In this document: positions 12,471-22,741 of the stretch, piece after piece
Numbering within the stretch: the first letter of the stretch is position 1
How the letters are laid out: each line of letters starts with the position of its first letter
Assembly: GCA_965224705.1 (NCBI GenBank)
Contig: OZ245056.1
Coordinates: 352,001-416,000, forward strand
Source of the DNA: Spirochaetaceae bacterium
Lineage (GTDB): Bacteria > Spirochaetota > Spirochaetia > DSM-2461
Reading direction: 5' to 3'
Length of the DNA: 64,000 nucleotides
The notes under the pieces: model-generated
Told to the model about the DNA's origin: nothing
What the model saw: the letters and a program-made list of their open reading frames with translations, nothing else
Databases searched by the model: none
Made by a program: the position numbers and the translations under genes

Positions 12471-13082
12471 TCATAATACATTGTGCAGCGGTATATTCCA
12501 ATGAACCAGCGACAATTTGTCATCCCTGCTATAGCATCTGAAATGGGAGAGACTTGCATAATCCACACTGACCGTCCGCAAAACTGAGAACTCAATATCC
12601 AGTGCGCAGCCAAGAATAGCACGAACAGGACCGGCATGGGTGGAGATTAACACTTTTTGGGAGTCGTGTTGCTGTAGAATTTCTTTCACACATTTCATGA
12701 TACGGTGGTTGAACACTCCCAGTGTTTCACCTCCGGGGGGAGCAGTGCCCCCGGGGTTATCCAGCCATCGGCGCCATATTTCCGGGTTTCGTTTTTGTAT
12801 ATCACTCCAGGTGCGGTCTTCCCATTCACCAAAGTCTATCTCTGCCAGTTCATTACTGATGATGGGAGTTATGTTTAAGCGGTTGGCCAGAGGTTTAACA
12901 GTCTGGATTGCTCGACTGAGGGAGCTGCTGTATATAACTGATGGAGCTTCCCTTTGAAGGTAATCAGCAACATGGTCCGCTTGAATCAACCCCCTGCCGC
13001 TCAGGGGAGTATCAGCTCTCCGGCCAATGCAGGTACCGGCTATTTCCGGTTCACCGTGACGAATGAGAAGAAGTTCCGTCAT
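12471..13082 (-). CDS. cobC: Histidine phosphatase, probable alpha-ribazole/adenosylcobalamin phosphatase
   Basis: LIRHGE, EIDFGEWE, PGGET, STHAG; overlaps the cobS stop. Confidence 0.75.
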   Translation of the reverse strand: MTELLLIRHGEPEIAGTCIGRRADTPLSGRGLIQADHVADYLQREAPSVIYSSSLSRAIQTVKPLANRLNITPIISNELAEIDFGEWEDRTWSDIQKRNPEIWRRWLDNPGGTAPPGGETLGVFNHRIMKCVKEILQQHDSQKVLISTHAGPVRAILGCALDIEFSVLRTVSVDYASLSHFRCYSRDDKLSLVHWNIPLHNVL

Positions 13083-13861
13083 AGTATCGCTGAATGGAAT
13101 TTATGCAGGATCAAAATGCCCATGAATCCCAGGGTATCCCCGATTTCGATCAGTGCTCCATAGCAATCCCCGGTTAACCCCCCAAGAGGTTTTGATATTG
13201 AGTGACCAGCTATAAGCATCAGCACTGATGTGAATCCCCAGAGTATCAGTCCATTTATGGAGAAGCATACGGTTGCAATCAGACCTGAAAGGAGTAGGGC
13301 CGCAATGGCCGTTTTCACTGTTGCATGGCATTGCATCTTACTTCCCAGACCATCGGGACGGGCATTAGGAAAAAGCGTCATTAACAGGGGGATGTTTCCT
13401 CTGGAAATGGCCGGTACTATGGCCAATGGTATGATGGAAGTAAGGACAAGGTGTTTTGAATGATCATCCCCCCCCAGCCATTCAGCAATGAACACTGTCT
13501 GTAACCCGCAAATTACAAGCAGGGCGAGAACACCGAAACTGCCAATATTACTGTCCTGCATGATAGTCAGGCGGTTTTGTGCATTCCTTCCTCCACCCAA
13601 TCCATCCGCAAAATCAGCTAATCCATCCAGATGTAAGCCTCCGGTAATTACAATTCGGGTTGCAGTAACCATTACAGCAACACTTCGGTCTGACAGCAGC
13701 CAGGATGAAATCCAGGCAATTCCAGCAACGACAGTGCCAATTATCAGACCGGCCAGGGGATAGGCCGCCAGAACTCTGGCATTCCATTTTGATGGATTCT
13801 CAGGGCCGGGAACAGGCAGTATGGATAGGAAACGCAGGGCTTCAATCAAAGCTCGCCGCAT
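13079..13861 (-). CDS. cobS: Adenosylcobinamide-GDP ribazoletransferase (cobalamin synthase)
   Basis: FLSILPVP, TGGLHLDGLADFADG, IMQDSNIGSFG, GGLTGDCYGA. Confidence 0.95.
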   Translation of the reverse strand: MRRALIEALRFLSILPVPGPENPSKWNARVLAAYPLAGLIIGTVVAGIAWISSWLLSDRSVAVMVTATRIVITGGLHLDGLADFADGLGGGRNAQNRLTIMQDSNIGSFGVLALLVICGLQTVFIAEWLGGDDHSKHLVLTSIIPLAIVPAISRGNIPLLMTLFPNARPDGLGSKMQCHATVKTAIAALLLSGLIATVCFSINGLILWGFTSVLMLIAGHSISKPLGGLTGDCYGALIEIGDTLGFMGILILHKFHSAIL

Positions 13862-14121
13862 TGAGCTGCCTTACAGGACTGTGCTGATTATTTTGAATCT
13901 GGAAATTTTTCATGGATACAGTATATGTTACCGTGAAAGAATTGTGTATTACTGCCGGGTTTTGGCAGCAAAACTACTGAGTCAGAAAGCTTGTACAATG
14001 CCTGAGTGAGAGGCAGTGTCGGCAACCATTTTAAAGGGTGTGTTTTGTAATTCCCCAACACACATTTCAATTTGAGACTGAACCGATAACGGCCGAAAAA
14101 ATCTTTTATTTCTTCTTCCAG

Positions 14122-15351
14122 TCAGTCCAGAGAAGATCGATCCAGAGGCATACTCATACATCGGGGACCACCTCGACCCCGTACAAGTTCAGAGCCTTCT
14201 ATCTCAACCACATCAATACCGTTTCGCCTCAGGGTATTATTGGAGTGAACATTTCTCTTGTAAGTAACAACAACACCTGGAGCCAGAGCAAGAGTGTTGG
14301 TGCTGTCATTCCACTGCTCTCTGGCAGCGGTAAAACGGTCATCTCCACCGCTGTGCAGAATTTGAACTGCCGGCAGTTTCAGGGCTGATCTCAGTGCTGT
14401 CTTCAAACACTTCTCTGATTTAATACTCAAGCTTCTATTCTTTCCCGGTGTGAGTTCAAATACATTGATGTGATTCTCAACTCCTGGAAAGATGGCAAAC
14501 TTATCCACGTCCAGCATAGTGAAAACAGTGTCCAGATGCATGTATGCCCGGGCCGCAGGAATTTGAAGTACGAGAACTCTTTTGATACCGCTGTTTCCCT
14601 GAAAAAGGCGGCCTGTCAGCTTCTCAATACCTTCACTGCTGGTTCTTACACTGCAGCCCACTATAACTGTTTCTGGTCCTGGAACCAGGATGTCACCTCC
14701 TTCAATACTGTCGTTGTCTTCAAGGCTGTACCAGATTGATTGAGTGGCGGCGAAAAGCGGATGGTGCTTCCTGATGTGGTCCAAAATGAGGGTTTCCCTG
14801 CTTCGGACAACAGTTTTCATGGTGCTGACCACTATCCCTTCGGCGATGATGGCGCCAGGATCTCGTGTAAAATACAAATTGGGGAGGGGATTGATGTAAA
14901 AAGGGAAGTCATCCTTTATGTAGTAGGACAGGTGCTTCTCATTCTCTGAATGTGGGACTTCTTCCTTGCGGAGTCCGCTGATCAGGATTTCTGCCAGTTC
15001 CCTGGTAGTTTTGCTGCTTAACATGCTGCGAATGTCATCTTCCAGCCGCTCAACAGGTATGCTGCTGCTTTTAAGAACCTCGTTCAGGATATCTGTCCGA
15101 ACTGAATTGTTGTTCAGTATATCGGCAAGGAGATCACAGTAGTAGTATACTTCACATCCCCTTTCCCGAAGGGCCGCTGCGAATGAATCGTGTTCATCTT
15201 GAATTCTATCCACCCAGGGGATGTCGTCAAACAGGAGTTCCTCAAGATATTGGGGTGTGAGGGTTTCCAATTCCCGTCCGGGGCGATGGAGTAGAACTTT
15301 CCGGAGCGTTCCAATTTCAGAACGGACAGATAGTGACTGCGTTGCGGACAT
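14122..15351 (-). CDS. arcA: Arginine deiminase
   Basis: SEIGTLRKVLLHRPG, LLFDDIP, PNLYFTRD, IEGGD, MHLDTV, GRGGPRCMS. Confidence 0.96.
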   Translation of the reverse strand: MSATQSLSVRSEIGTLRKVLLHRPGRELETLTPQYLEELLFDDIPWVDRIQDEHDSFAAALRERGCEVYYYCDLLADILNNNSVRTDILNEVLKSSSIPVERLEDDIRSMLSSKTTRELAEILISGLRKEEVPHSENEKHLSYYIKDDFPFYINPLPNLYFTRDPGAIIAEGIVVSTMKTVVRSRETLILDHIRKHHPLFAATQSIWYSLEDNDSIEGGDILVPGPETVIVGCSVRTSSEGIEKLTGRLFQGNSGIKRVLVLQIPAARAYMHLDTVFTMLDVDKFAIFPGVENHINVFELTPGKNRSLSIKSEKCLKTALRSALKLPAVQILHSGGDDRFTAAREQWNDSTNTLALAPGVVVTYKRNVHSNNTLRRNGIDVVEIEGSELVRGRGGPRCMSMPLDRSSLD

Positions 15352-15549
15352 GAGAACAATATAGAGGAATGAGTGACAGGTTTCAATCGATACAGGGAAA
15401 ATGTTCTATTCTGTCTCCGATCTGGCCGGAGAATCCGATAGAAACCGGACATCCTGCTGGAACTTAACAATGTCACGCAGCTATTTCATTGTCCAACAAC
15501 GCCACCAGGAAGTATAGTATACTGAGAGCAAATCGAAAGGAGCCGCCCT

Positions 15550-16518
15550 ATGACACTTATGGAAACAGCTGATAACTGGATACATACGGGCCATAAATTG
15601 GCATTGGCGATTGTGATAGAGACCTGGGGATCTGCTCCCAGGCAGGCCGGTGCCGTCATGCTGGTGAGGGATGATTTCCATATTGAGGGCTCCGTTTCGG
15701 GAGGGTGTGTTGAGGCTGATGTCATCGAAACAGCCAAAAAATCTATTGAGACGAATCAGTTTTTCATCAGAGAATTCGGAGTTGCAGATGAAACCGCATT
15801 TGCCGTTGGACTCTCCTGCGGCGGCAAGATCGCAGTCCTCATCGTTCCTGTCAATGATGCCGCTTTTCCTCCTATCTTTCTGGAAAAAATTGTAGCCGCA
15901 GTTGTTGGTAGAACGCCCCTGGATCTCATCATTTCACTTGAAAATGACAGCAGGTTGCATGTGGAAGCAATGGTTCCTGATTCCCTGTCATTATCTGAAC
16001 GGGAGACCCAATACAATGATTCAGAGCGCCAGTTGATATGGCGTTTCCGGCCAGCATATCAGCTCATTCTTATCGGTGCCGGTCATATCAGCCAGGCATT
16101 GAGCAGGCTTGCGTCTCAAGTCGATTTTTCAGTTGATGTTATTGATCCCAGATCCATGCTGGCGACTGGGGAAAGGTTTCCCGATGTCAATATTCATATT
16201 GGCTGGCCCCAGGATTTACTGCCTGCTATGACCATGGATGCACAAACGGCAATGGTAACCCTGACTCATAATCCCGAAATCGACGATCCGGCATTGTTGT
16301 ATGCTCTGGGTACTGAGGCCTTCTATCTGGGTTGCCTTGGAAGTCGGCGTACTCATGGCATTCGATGCAGAAGACTTGAATCAAAGGGAATGAGTCAACA
16401 GCAATTGGCACGTCTCCACGGACCGGCCGGAATACCCCTTGGCGGACGGGGTGTTCCAGAAATCGCTCTTGCCATTCTTGCTGAAATTGTACAGGCAAGA
16501 TACACCCTTCCCGATTAA
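15550..16518 (+). CDS. xdhC: XdhC/CoxI family molybdoenzyme maturation factor
   Basis: TWGSAPRQAG, GSVSGGCVE, GLSCGG, YLGCLGSRR, PEIALAILAEI. Confidence 0.9.
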   Translation: MTLMETADNWIHTGHKLALAIVIETWGSAPRQAGAVMLVRDDFHIEGSVSGGCVEADVIETAKKSIETNQFFIREFGVADETAFAVGLSCGGKIAVLIVPVNDAAFPPIFLEKIVAAVVGRTPLDLIISLENDSRLHVEAMVPDSLSLSERETQYNDSERQLIWRFRPAYQLILIGAGHISQALSRLASQVDFSVDVIDPRSMLATGERFPDVNIHIGWPQDLLPAMTMDAQTAMVTLTHNPEIDDPALLYALGTEAFYLGCLGSRRTHGIRCRRLESKGMSQQQLARLHGPAGIPLGGRGVPEIALAILAEIVQARYTLPD

Positions 16519-16577
16519 TCAATGATATCGGCAAAACCCAAAAAATGCTCTCCAATCACCTGCGGGAAGACTGGAAG

Positions 16578-17145
16578 ATCAAAAGGAACGTGAAGCCGTA
16601 AGTTCTATCCTGTTGCCGTCGGGATCAAGTACTACGCTTTCATAATACCCATCTCCTGTGGAGTCTGTCGGACTTTGAGACTTCGAGGCGATTTTTGATG
16701 ATTTTTTTCCGATACAAGGCGGCAAAAGCGGAGCGTAGCTGGGCTACGTGAGCATTTTGGTAACGCCGTAGCGGGAAAAAAGGGCAAAAATCGAGCCGTG
16801 AGGCGTAAGTCCGACAGACTCTGTGCATCGCGGCCCATCCACAACGGGAACACCTTTCGACTGAAGCTGACTGGTAACGGTATCAACGTCCGATTCGGAT
16901 CCAACAGACAGGGCCAGATGCGCATACCCTGAACAGGGAGATGATGAATTGAGCAGCTTCCAATCATGACAGGTCATGATTTCCAACTTCGGCCCATCTG
17001 TGAAAGAAAGGAAGTACGATTCAAATCTTTTCTTCACGTTCACATACTTTTTACTGGAAACAACCCCGAAGTGTTTCATGTAAAACAATCTCAGCCATTC
17101 TATATCATCTGTCCATATCGCAACATGAACTATTTGCGGGCTCAT
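16578..17145 (-). pseudogene. VOC/glyoxalase family protein interrupted by a family B MITE
   Basis: HVAIWT...HLALSVGS...DGPRCT, then the MITE, then in the same frame GDGYYESVVLDPDGNRIELT, the expected conserved C-terminus. A TAG inside the MITE truncates the ORF at 16744. Confidence 0.9.
16661..16821. mobile_element. Family B MITE
   Basis: Perfect TIRs and an exact 4-bp target duplication TGTG. Confidence 0.95.
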
Positions 17146-18569
17146 GAACCTGTCTCGATTTCGGCTGCTGTTTTCTGAATTGTTGCCCAGGCCTCTTCAA
17201 TATGCTGCCATGTTGTAGAGGTTTGACCTATGACAAATCGTATAACGATGCGCCCTTTTGCACGAGTTTTTGTAAGATATAATTCACCACTATCGTTGAG
17301 ACGCTTGTGTAATTCTGTGTTGACCCTGTCCAGAGTCTCATCAGTCTTTGCCCATTCGGGCACATACCGAAAGCTGAGAAGGGACAGGATAGGTCCGGTT
17401 ACCAGTTCAAAATCTTCACTGCTTCGAATATGTTCTGCAAGCCGTTGCGCCCAGTCAAGATTACTCCGTATCTTCTTCCTCAGCCCTTCAACTCCATACG
17501 ATCTCATAACAAACCAGAGTTTGAGAGCTCTGAATCGCCGTGCGAGAGAGATACTCCAATCCCGATACTCAGGCATTTCATCGCTTGATTTCGACTCAAG
17601 ATAGGCCGGTGTGATAGACAGGGCATTCACTAATCGGGAGGGATCGCGCATATAGAACAATGAGCAGTCAAAATTGGTAAACAACCATTTATGAGGATTA
17701 AAAACATAGCTGTCAACAAACTCAAGTCCGTTCAGCATTGAACGAACCTCTGGAAGAATCATGGCATTCCCTGCCCAGGCCGCATCCACATGAAGATGAA
17801 TACCCTCTGTCTGAGCAATCCGGCCAATCCTGTCAACAGGATCAATTGACCCCAAACCTGTTGCTCCGAAACTGGCAACAATGCATGCAGGAATACACCC
17901 CTCTGCACGATCTTGAGTAATTTGGGACATCAGGGCTTGTGTATCCATATCATAATTCTCACAGACAGGAATCTTCCGGACATTTTTTACACCGATTCCA
18001 GCAATCCTTGCCCCCTTTTCCACCGAGGAATGAGCCTCGCTGGAGGCATAAACAGTCAATGGCGGTCCCCCAGCCAAACCTTCCGTTGAGAACCGGCCTG
18101 ATGTAATCTTTTCGCAGGCCGCAATGATACCGCAGAGATTTGATACGGACCCGGATTCCTGGATTGAACCTGTAAACTCTTCTGGCAGTCCCGTGAGGTC
18201 TCGCATCCATTCAGTCATGCGAGCTTCAAGTTCCGTCGCTGCAGGAGACGTTTCCCAGAGCATACACTGAGCTGCAAGAGTTGCTGTCAGCATCTCAGCC
18301 AGTACGGAGGGAGGACTTGTATTGGCATTGAAAAAGGCGAAAAACCGGGGGTGCTGCCAGTGTGTAATTCCCGGTATGATTACATCCTTGAAACTGGAGA
18401 ATATAGTCTCCATGGATTCGCCATGCTCCGGACACGATGGTGAAATTTTAGCAGCAATATCGCCTGCCTTAACCTGAGATCGAACTGGATACTCTTCAAC
18501 GGTTTTGAAGTAGTCAGCCATCCAGTCCGATATTACATGGGCATATTTCCGAAATTCATTGAGATCCAG
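17142..18569 (-). CDS. PLP-dependent group II decarboxylase (aromatic-L-amino-acid decarboxylase-like)
   Basis: PGITHWQHPRF, SPAATELE, HSSVEK, HVDAAWAG, FNPHKW (PLP lysine), RRFRALKLW. Start inferred at CTG 18569 after GGAGG; the ORF track starts at 18650. Confidence 0.9.
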   Translation of the reverse strand: MDLNEFRKYAHVISDWMADYFKTVEEYPVRSQVKAGDIAAKISPSCPEHGESMETIFSSFKDVIIPGITHWQHPRFFAFFNANTSPPSVLAEMLTATLAAQCMLWETSPAATELEARMTEWMRDLTGLPEEFTGSIQESGSVSNLCGIIAACEKITSGRFSTEGLAGGPPLTVYASSEAHSSVEKGARIAGIGVKNVRKIPVCENYDMDTQALMSQITQDRAEGCIPACIVASFGATGLGSIDPVDRIGRIAQTEGIHLHVDAAWAGNAMILPEVRSMLNGLEFVDSYVFNPHKWLFTNFDCSLFYMRDPSRLVNALSITPAYLESKSSDEMPEYRDWSISLARRFRALKLWFVMRSYGVEGLRKKIRSNLDWAQRLAEHIRSSEDFELVTGPILSLLSFRYVPEWAKTDETLDRVNTELHKRLNDSGELYLTKTRAKGRIVIRFVIGQTSTTWQHIEEAWATIQKTAAEIETGS

Positions 18570-18906
18570 GAGGCACCTCCGTTTTTTACGATCAATAGTA
18601 TAATACAAAAGACGGTACAATAGAAGCAGTATCAGAAATCTACCAGACATTGTATTCGGCCTTCACTCCTGTACCTGCAGCACTGTTTTTCTGTCCCTGG
18701 AAAGTCTTCGCCCTGGTGACAGTTAATATGAACATTAACTTCGTTCCAGAAAACGTGTAATTGACAAATCCCCTTCACCTGCATAATATGAATTACTGAT
18801 GCATACAGATTTTTGGAAGAGAGAAGCGGGTCAACTGATTGATCGTCGAAGACGAAATCACCCAGTGACTGAAATAATCCTTTACAATACAGGAGATCGC
18901 AAGACT

Positions 18907-18978
18907 GCGTCTGTCGTATAATGGTTATTACCCGAGCTTCCCAAGCTCGTGACGTGGGTTCGATTCCCATCAGACGCT
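18907..18978 (+). tRNA. tRNA-Gly (anticodon CCC)
   Basis: Acceptor GCGTCTG/CAGACGC, anticodon arm CGAGC-TTCCCAA-GCTCG, T-arm GTGGG-TTCGATT-CCCAT; no encoded CCA. Confidence 0.95.
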
Positions 18979-19168
18979 ATATTTAAATCGTTTCAGTGTA
19001 TATATATCATGCATAACAGGATTATACCTGCTGGCGTTCTGCGGAGGCAATGCGCAAAACGCACATTGTTGGCAGGAGGTATTGACACAACTTTTCAGAG
19101 TATACAATGAATAGATTTTTCATTGAGTTGGAGGACGATCTGATCTGTAAAGATTTGAACTTTATGCA

Positions 19169-19214
19169 GTGTCAGGAAGCTTAACCTGGTTTCATTTAAC
19201 AGGCTTCCTGACAC
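19169..19214. mobile_element. Minimal (46 bp) family A element
   Basis: GTGTCAGGAAGCTT-AACCTGGTTTCATT-TAACAGGCTTCCTGACAC; the core matches the sub-terminal sequence of the 220-bp subtype. Confidence 0.85.
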
Positions 19215-19344
19215 TACATGAGCTTTACACAGAAAACTTCACAGGCTCATTCCGCATACTTTGAAACACGACTTGAAACATTACCCCTGATTCTTCCACC
19301 AGATCAGTGATCTTTGATGAATTACACGCTGGATGAATTTAAAC

Positions 19345-20112
19345 TCATACAGGTAAAAAGGATAAAAACGAAGCTATTTGCCGATCCCAGAACTCCCAGG
19401 AGTGCATACCATCGGATTCTCTATAGGTTATGGGAATTTTTCGATGTTCGCAGGCTTTCCGGAATACTTGATTGTTTTGATATAAAAAATCCTGTTTTCC
19501 GCAGCTCTGATATAGTTTGGGCCAGCTTGATACTTCATAATCCTTCAGAAGACCGATAAGATCATTCTTCGTATTTATAAGCTTCTCACCCCGGGGATTT
19601 TCTCCAAAACAGTTAGTAAAAATAGTCCGGTGTGCCTCCTCGTCTCTTTTTATACTCTCATCTATCCATGAAGGTAAATCCAACACACCAGAAAAACTTC
19701 CTGCATAAGAAAACATTTCAGGATTATTGAGAGCTGTTTTAAAAGCACCGAAACCTCCCATCGATAAACCGGATATAAATCTATCTTTTTTCGTGTTTGC
19801 AACAGGAAAATAGGCTTCAGTGATTTCCATAAGTTCCTGGCTGATAAAATCGTAATAGTCGGAACCGAATTTCATATTTTGATAAAAACTCAGGTGGACT
19901 TCAGGCATTACAACGGCCAGGTGTTTATCCTGAAGGTAGCGTTCTATGGAGGTATAACGAATCCATGAACTGTGATCATCAGATCTTCCATGAAGTAAAT
20001 AAAGAACAGGAATTTTTTCTCTTCCCTGTCTGTAACCAGAGGGCATAAGTACTGTCATGCCGACAGAAAGCTGCAGAACCTCCGAGAAAAAACGTATTTC
20101 ATTGTACACCAT
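19345..20112 (-). CDS. Alpha/beta-hydrolase esterase (tributyrin esterase/S-formylglutathione hydrolase-like)
   Basis: VLYLLHG, GLSMGG nucleophile elbow, CGKQD, HSWEFW. Confidence 0.88.
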   Translation of the reverse strand: MVYNEIRFFSEVLQLSVGMTVLMPSGYRQGREKIPVLYLLHGRSDDHSSWIRYTSIERYLQDKHLAVVMPEVHLSFYQNMKFGSDYYDFISQELMEITEAYFPVANTKKDRFISGLSMGGFGAFKTALNNPEMFSYAGSFSGVLDLPSWIDESIKRDEEAHRTIFTNCFGENPRGEKLINTKNDLIGLLKDYEVSSWPKLYQSCGKQDFLYQNNQVFRKACEHRKIPITYRESDGMHSWEFWDRQIASFLSFLPV

Positions 20113-20124
20113 ATAACATCCTTA

Positions 20125-20847
20125 TTAATTGTTTCGATAATGATTTGGAGTGCAGCCGACAATTTCCTTAAACTTTCGGCTGAAGTATTTATAGTCGTTA
20201 TAGCCGACTCTTTCAGCAATATCAACAATGGTATACTCTGTTTCAAGCAGCAGTTTCTGTGCGCTTTTTATACGAAGCTGATTCAAAAAAGATGTAAAAC
20301 TGCAGCCTGTTTTCTGCTTGAAGAGTGCACTGAAGTAATTCGGGGACAAACCGATTGCACCTGCCGTATGGTTTACAGATACTGGCTCGTGCATATGCTC
20401 ATATAAATACGAAAGCGCCTGCTTTATCTGATGATGACTGCTTTCGGGAATCACAAACTCCTGAGACAGCTCCTGCTGCTGTTTCAGGGCAATTCTACCT
20501 GCAACCTGCATAAGTTCATCGACATTGACCGGTTTCAGCAGATAATCAACGACATTTCTTTTAATTGCATGCTGTGCATAGGTAAAATCATGATACCCAC
20601 TTAAAACAATCATGCGTATAGAAGGCCTGTGTTCAAAGACATAGTCTATCAACTTCAAACCATCCATTATTGGCATTCTGATATCTGTCAGCAATATACT
20701 TATTGGCTTCTTCTCCAGAATCCTGACGGCCTCTCTTCCATTTTCAGCAGTATAGACCGCCTGTATACCGATTTTCTGCCATGCTATTGTTTCGGATAGA
20801 CCCTTAAGAGTCGTTGGTTCATCGTCAACGATGAGCAGGTTCGCCAT
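20125..20847 (-). CDS. Two-component response regulator, receiver plus AraC HTH (YesN-like)
   Basis: LIVDDE, TDIRMPIMDG, YLLKP; YFSALFKQKTG and VGYNDYKYFSRKFK. Confidence 0.92.
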   Translation of the reverse strand: MANLLIVDDEPTTLKGLSETIAWQKIGIQAVYTAENGREAVRILEKKPISILLTDIRMPIMDGLKLIDYVFEHRPSIRMIVLSGYHDFTYAQHAIKRNVVDYLLKPVNVDELMQVAGRIALKQQQELSQEFVIPESSHHQIKQALSYLYEHMHEPVSVNHTAGAIGLSPNYFSALFKQKTGCSFTSFLNQLRIKSAQKLLLETEYTIVDIAERVGYNDYKYFSRKFKEIVGCTPNHYRNN

Positions 20848-22588
20848 GAGTTTCCCCATCATCAGCTTCAGGTATATCATCAATAACCGGCAGTATCAGA
20901 GTGAATTGTGTCCCTCTTCTTTGTCCATCATAATAAAGACCGCAACCATCTTCGAACTTGATGGTAACCCGCTCTTCAATATTTCGCAGTGCACCCTTCG
21001 TTAGTTTTTCGTAGTCTTCTATCCCCTTTCCATTATCCTCAATGACAATGTTCAGCAATCCCTGAACAATCTGCAGGGAAACAGTTATATGCAGATGATC
21101 GGATGTGTCAGTCAGACCATGCTTAATGCTGTTTTCTATTAATGGCTGAATAAGCTGTTTCATGATTAACAACGATCCGAGATCTTCATCATATGAAATA
21201 TCAAGATTAATGCGATTGTGTAGACGCTTTTTGATCAGATTCACATAACTTTCCAGATATTCCTTTTCCTTATCGACAGTAATCCAGATGCTGGAGTTAT
21301 CAACGCAGATGCGGAATATTCTTGAAAGCTGCTCTATCATATCGCCTGTGCTATACGCTCCCTCCAGACGTGCATTCCATCTAATCATATCCAGTGTATT
21401 ATATAAGAAATGCGGATCCATCTGACTTTGCAGAGCTTTTAGTTCAGATTCTCTCTGAGATAGTTTCAATTTCCATTCTATATCAATATGATCTTGAATG
21501 CGCTGCATCATCTGAGAGAAGTCCCTCTGCAGTTGACCAATCTCATCAGTCGATTCTTCTCTCCTACTGATAACAAGATTCTTTTCGGTGACCGATGTCA
21601 TATCATGGCTTAATCTTATAATGCGTTTGATTATGGAAACATATAACAAAATCAGTAAGATAAACCCGAATAGTGCAACGATTCCCGTATCAATGAAAAA
21701 AATCGTTTTCAGTGAATTCATTTCAGAAAACAGAAGTCCCTGGTCTATTTCGGCTAGTAGAAACAAATCATCAAAATCAAGTTTCCGGATCTGGATTATG
21801 GTTGAGTTCTGTTCTATTCCTATATTGGAATTGGTTTCTGTTGACTTTAATGCGGCATTCAATCGAGGCTGCTGTATAAAAGTCCCCATAGCTTCCGGGT
21901 CCCGAGCAAGTAGAATTCTGCCATCTTCCTTAACCAGACGAACGGTTAAAAAATGAGGATAGATGTTTCGATCTATAAAATCAAAGAATGATTCAACTTT
22001 TATCTGTATAATCATGGATCCTATAGTATTATACATATCCTTGCGATTGGGTATCATGCGCTCAATATTGAATACAAAATCCTCTCGTCCAATCCCTCCT
22101 TTTCCCTTATAGCCCTCGCTCCAGTGAATATCTGTGTCATCGCCTGTAATCTGGTAGATAATACCGTTGCTGTTTTTGTAGACTTCACCCTCTGAAATCA
22201 GTATTTTATTGTTTTTTAGAATCATTATCGACTCTATAATATCATTGGTAATTAAATCATAAATCAGATATTCACTAATCTGTCTTGTATTGTAAAGCAT
22301 ATCGTTATTGTTATTCTCCGATTTTATATAATCCTGTACCATATCGCTGAAGATAAAAAAACGTGAAATACGGTCTGCAGTATCGGAGAGTTCAATGATT
22401 CGTTGTTGAATTTCCTGAGTTATGCTGTTGCATATTTTCCTCATTTCATTTGTATAAATCCTGTCCATTTTGTTTATAGTAATAAAGATCATAATGGTAA
22501 AAGGTATAAAGAACACAAAAAGGAACACGACAAGATATTTTGTGGACAATCGATTGATTACCAAGATACCTCCTGAGTTTTGCATCAA
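20825..22588 (-). CDS. Sensor histidine kinase (YesM-like)
   Basis: Two TM segments, HAMP (DEIGQL), ALQSQMDPHFLYNTL, QPLIENSIKHG, EDNGKG. Confidence 0.92.
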   Translation of the reverse strand: MMQNSGGILVINRLSTKYLVVFLFVFFIPFTIMIFITINKMDRIYTNEMRKICNSITQEIQQRIIELSDTADRISRFFIFSDMVQDYIKSENNNNDMLYNTRQISEYLIYDLITNDIIESIMILKNNKILISEGEVYKNSNGIIYQITGDDTDIHWSEGYKGKGGIGREDFVFNIERMIPNRKDMYNTIGSMIIQIKVESFFDFIDRNIYPHFLTVRLVKEDGRILLARDPEAMGTFIQQPRLNAALKSTETNSNIGIEQNSTIIQIRKLDFDDLFLLAEIDQGLLFSEMNSLKTIFFIDTGIVALFGFILLILLYVSIIKRIIRLSHDMTSVTEKNLVISRREESTDEIGQLQRDFSQMMQRIQDHIDIEWKLKLSQRESELKALQSQMDPHFLYNTLDMIRWNARLEGAYSTGDMIEQLSRIFRICVDNSSIWITVDKEKEYLESYVNLIKKRLHNRINLDISYDEDLGSLLIMKQLIQPLIENSIKHGLTDTSDHLHITVSLQIVQGLLNIVIEDNGKGIEDYEKLTKGALRNIEERVTIKFEDGCGLYYDGQRRGTQFTLILPVIDDIPEADDGETHGEPAHR

Positions 22589-22741
22589 TATACTTCAATA
22601 CAATCTACAGATCCATGCAATAATAACGGATTGTGAGAATAGTGGATAAATTCATAGATATGTTTGTATTATTTCAAAATTTCTGTATGTAGTATTGTTT
22701 ATGGTGAAAGACCAAATATGTTCAAGTAAAGGAGACTCGTT

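Noticed and set aside
13862..14120. Cobalamin riboswitch upstream of cobS
   Set aside because: No B12-box recognised; only a degenerate family A end (13979-13998) and a short hairpin.
16744..16746. Amber recoding or an alternative genetic code restoring the VOC gene
   Set aside because: TAG terminates normal genes here (binding protein at 23986, murE at 35070) and RF1 is present.
18632..18970. 112-aa minus-strand ORF starting MGIEPTSRAWEARV
   Set aside because: Antisense translation of tRNA-Gly.
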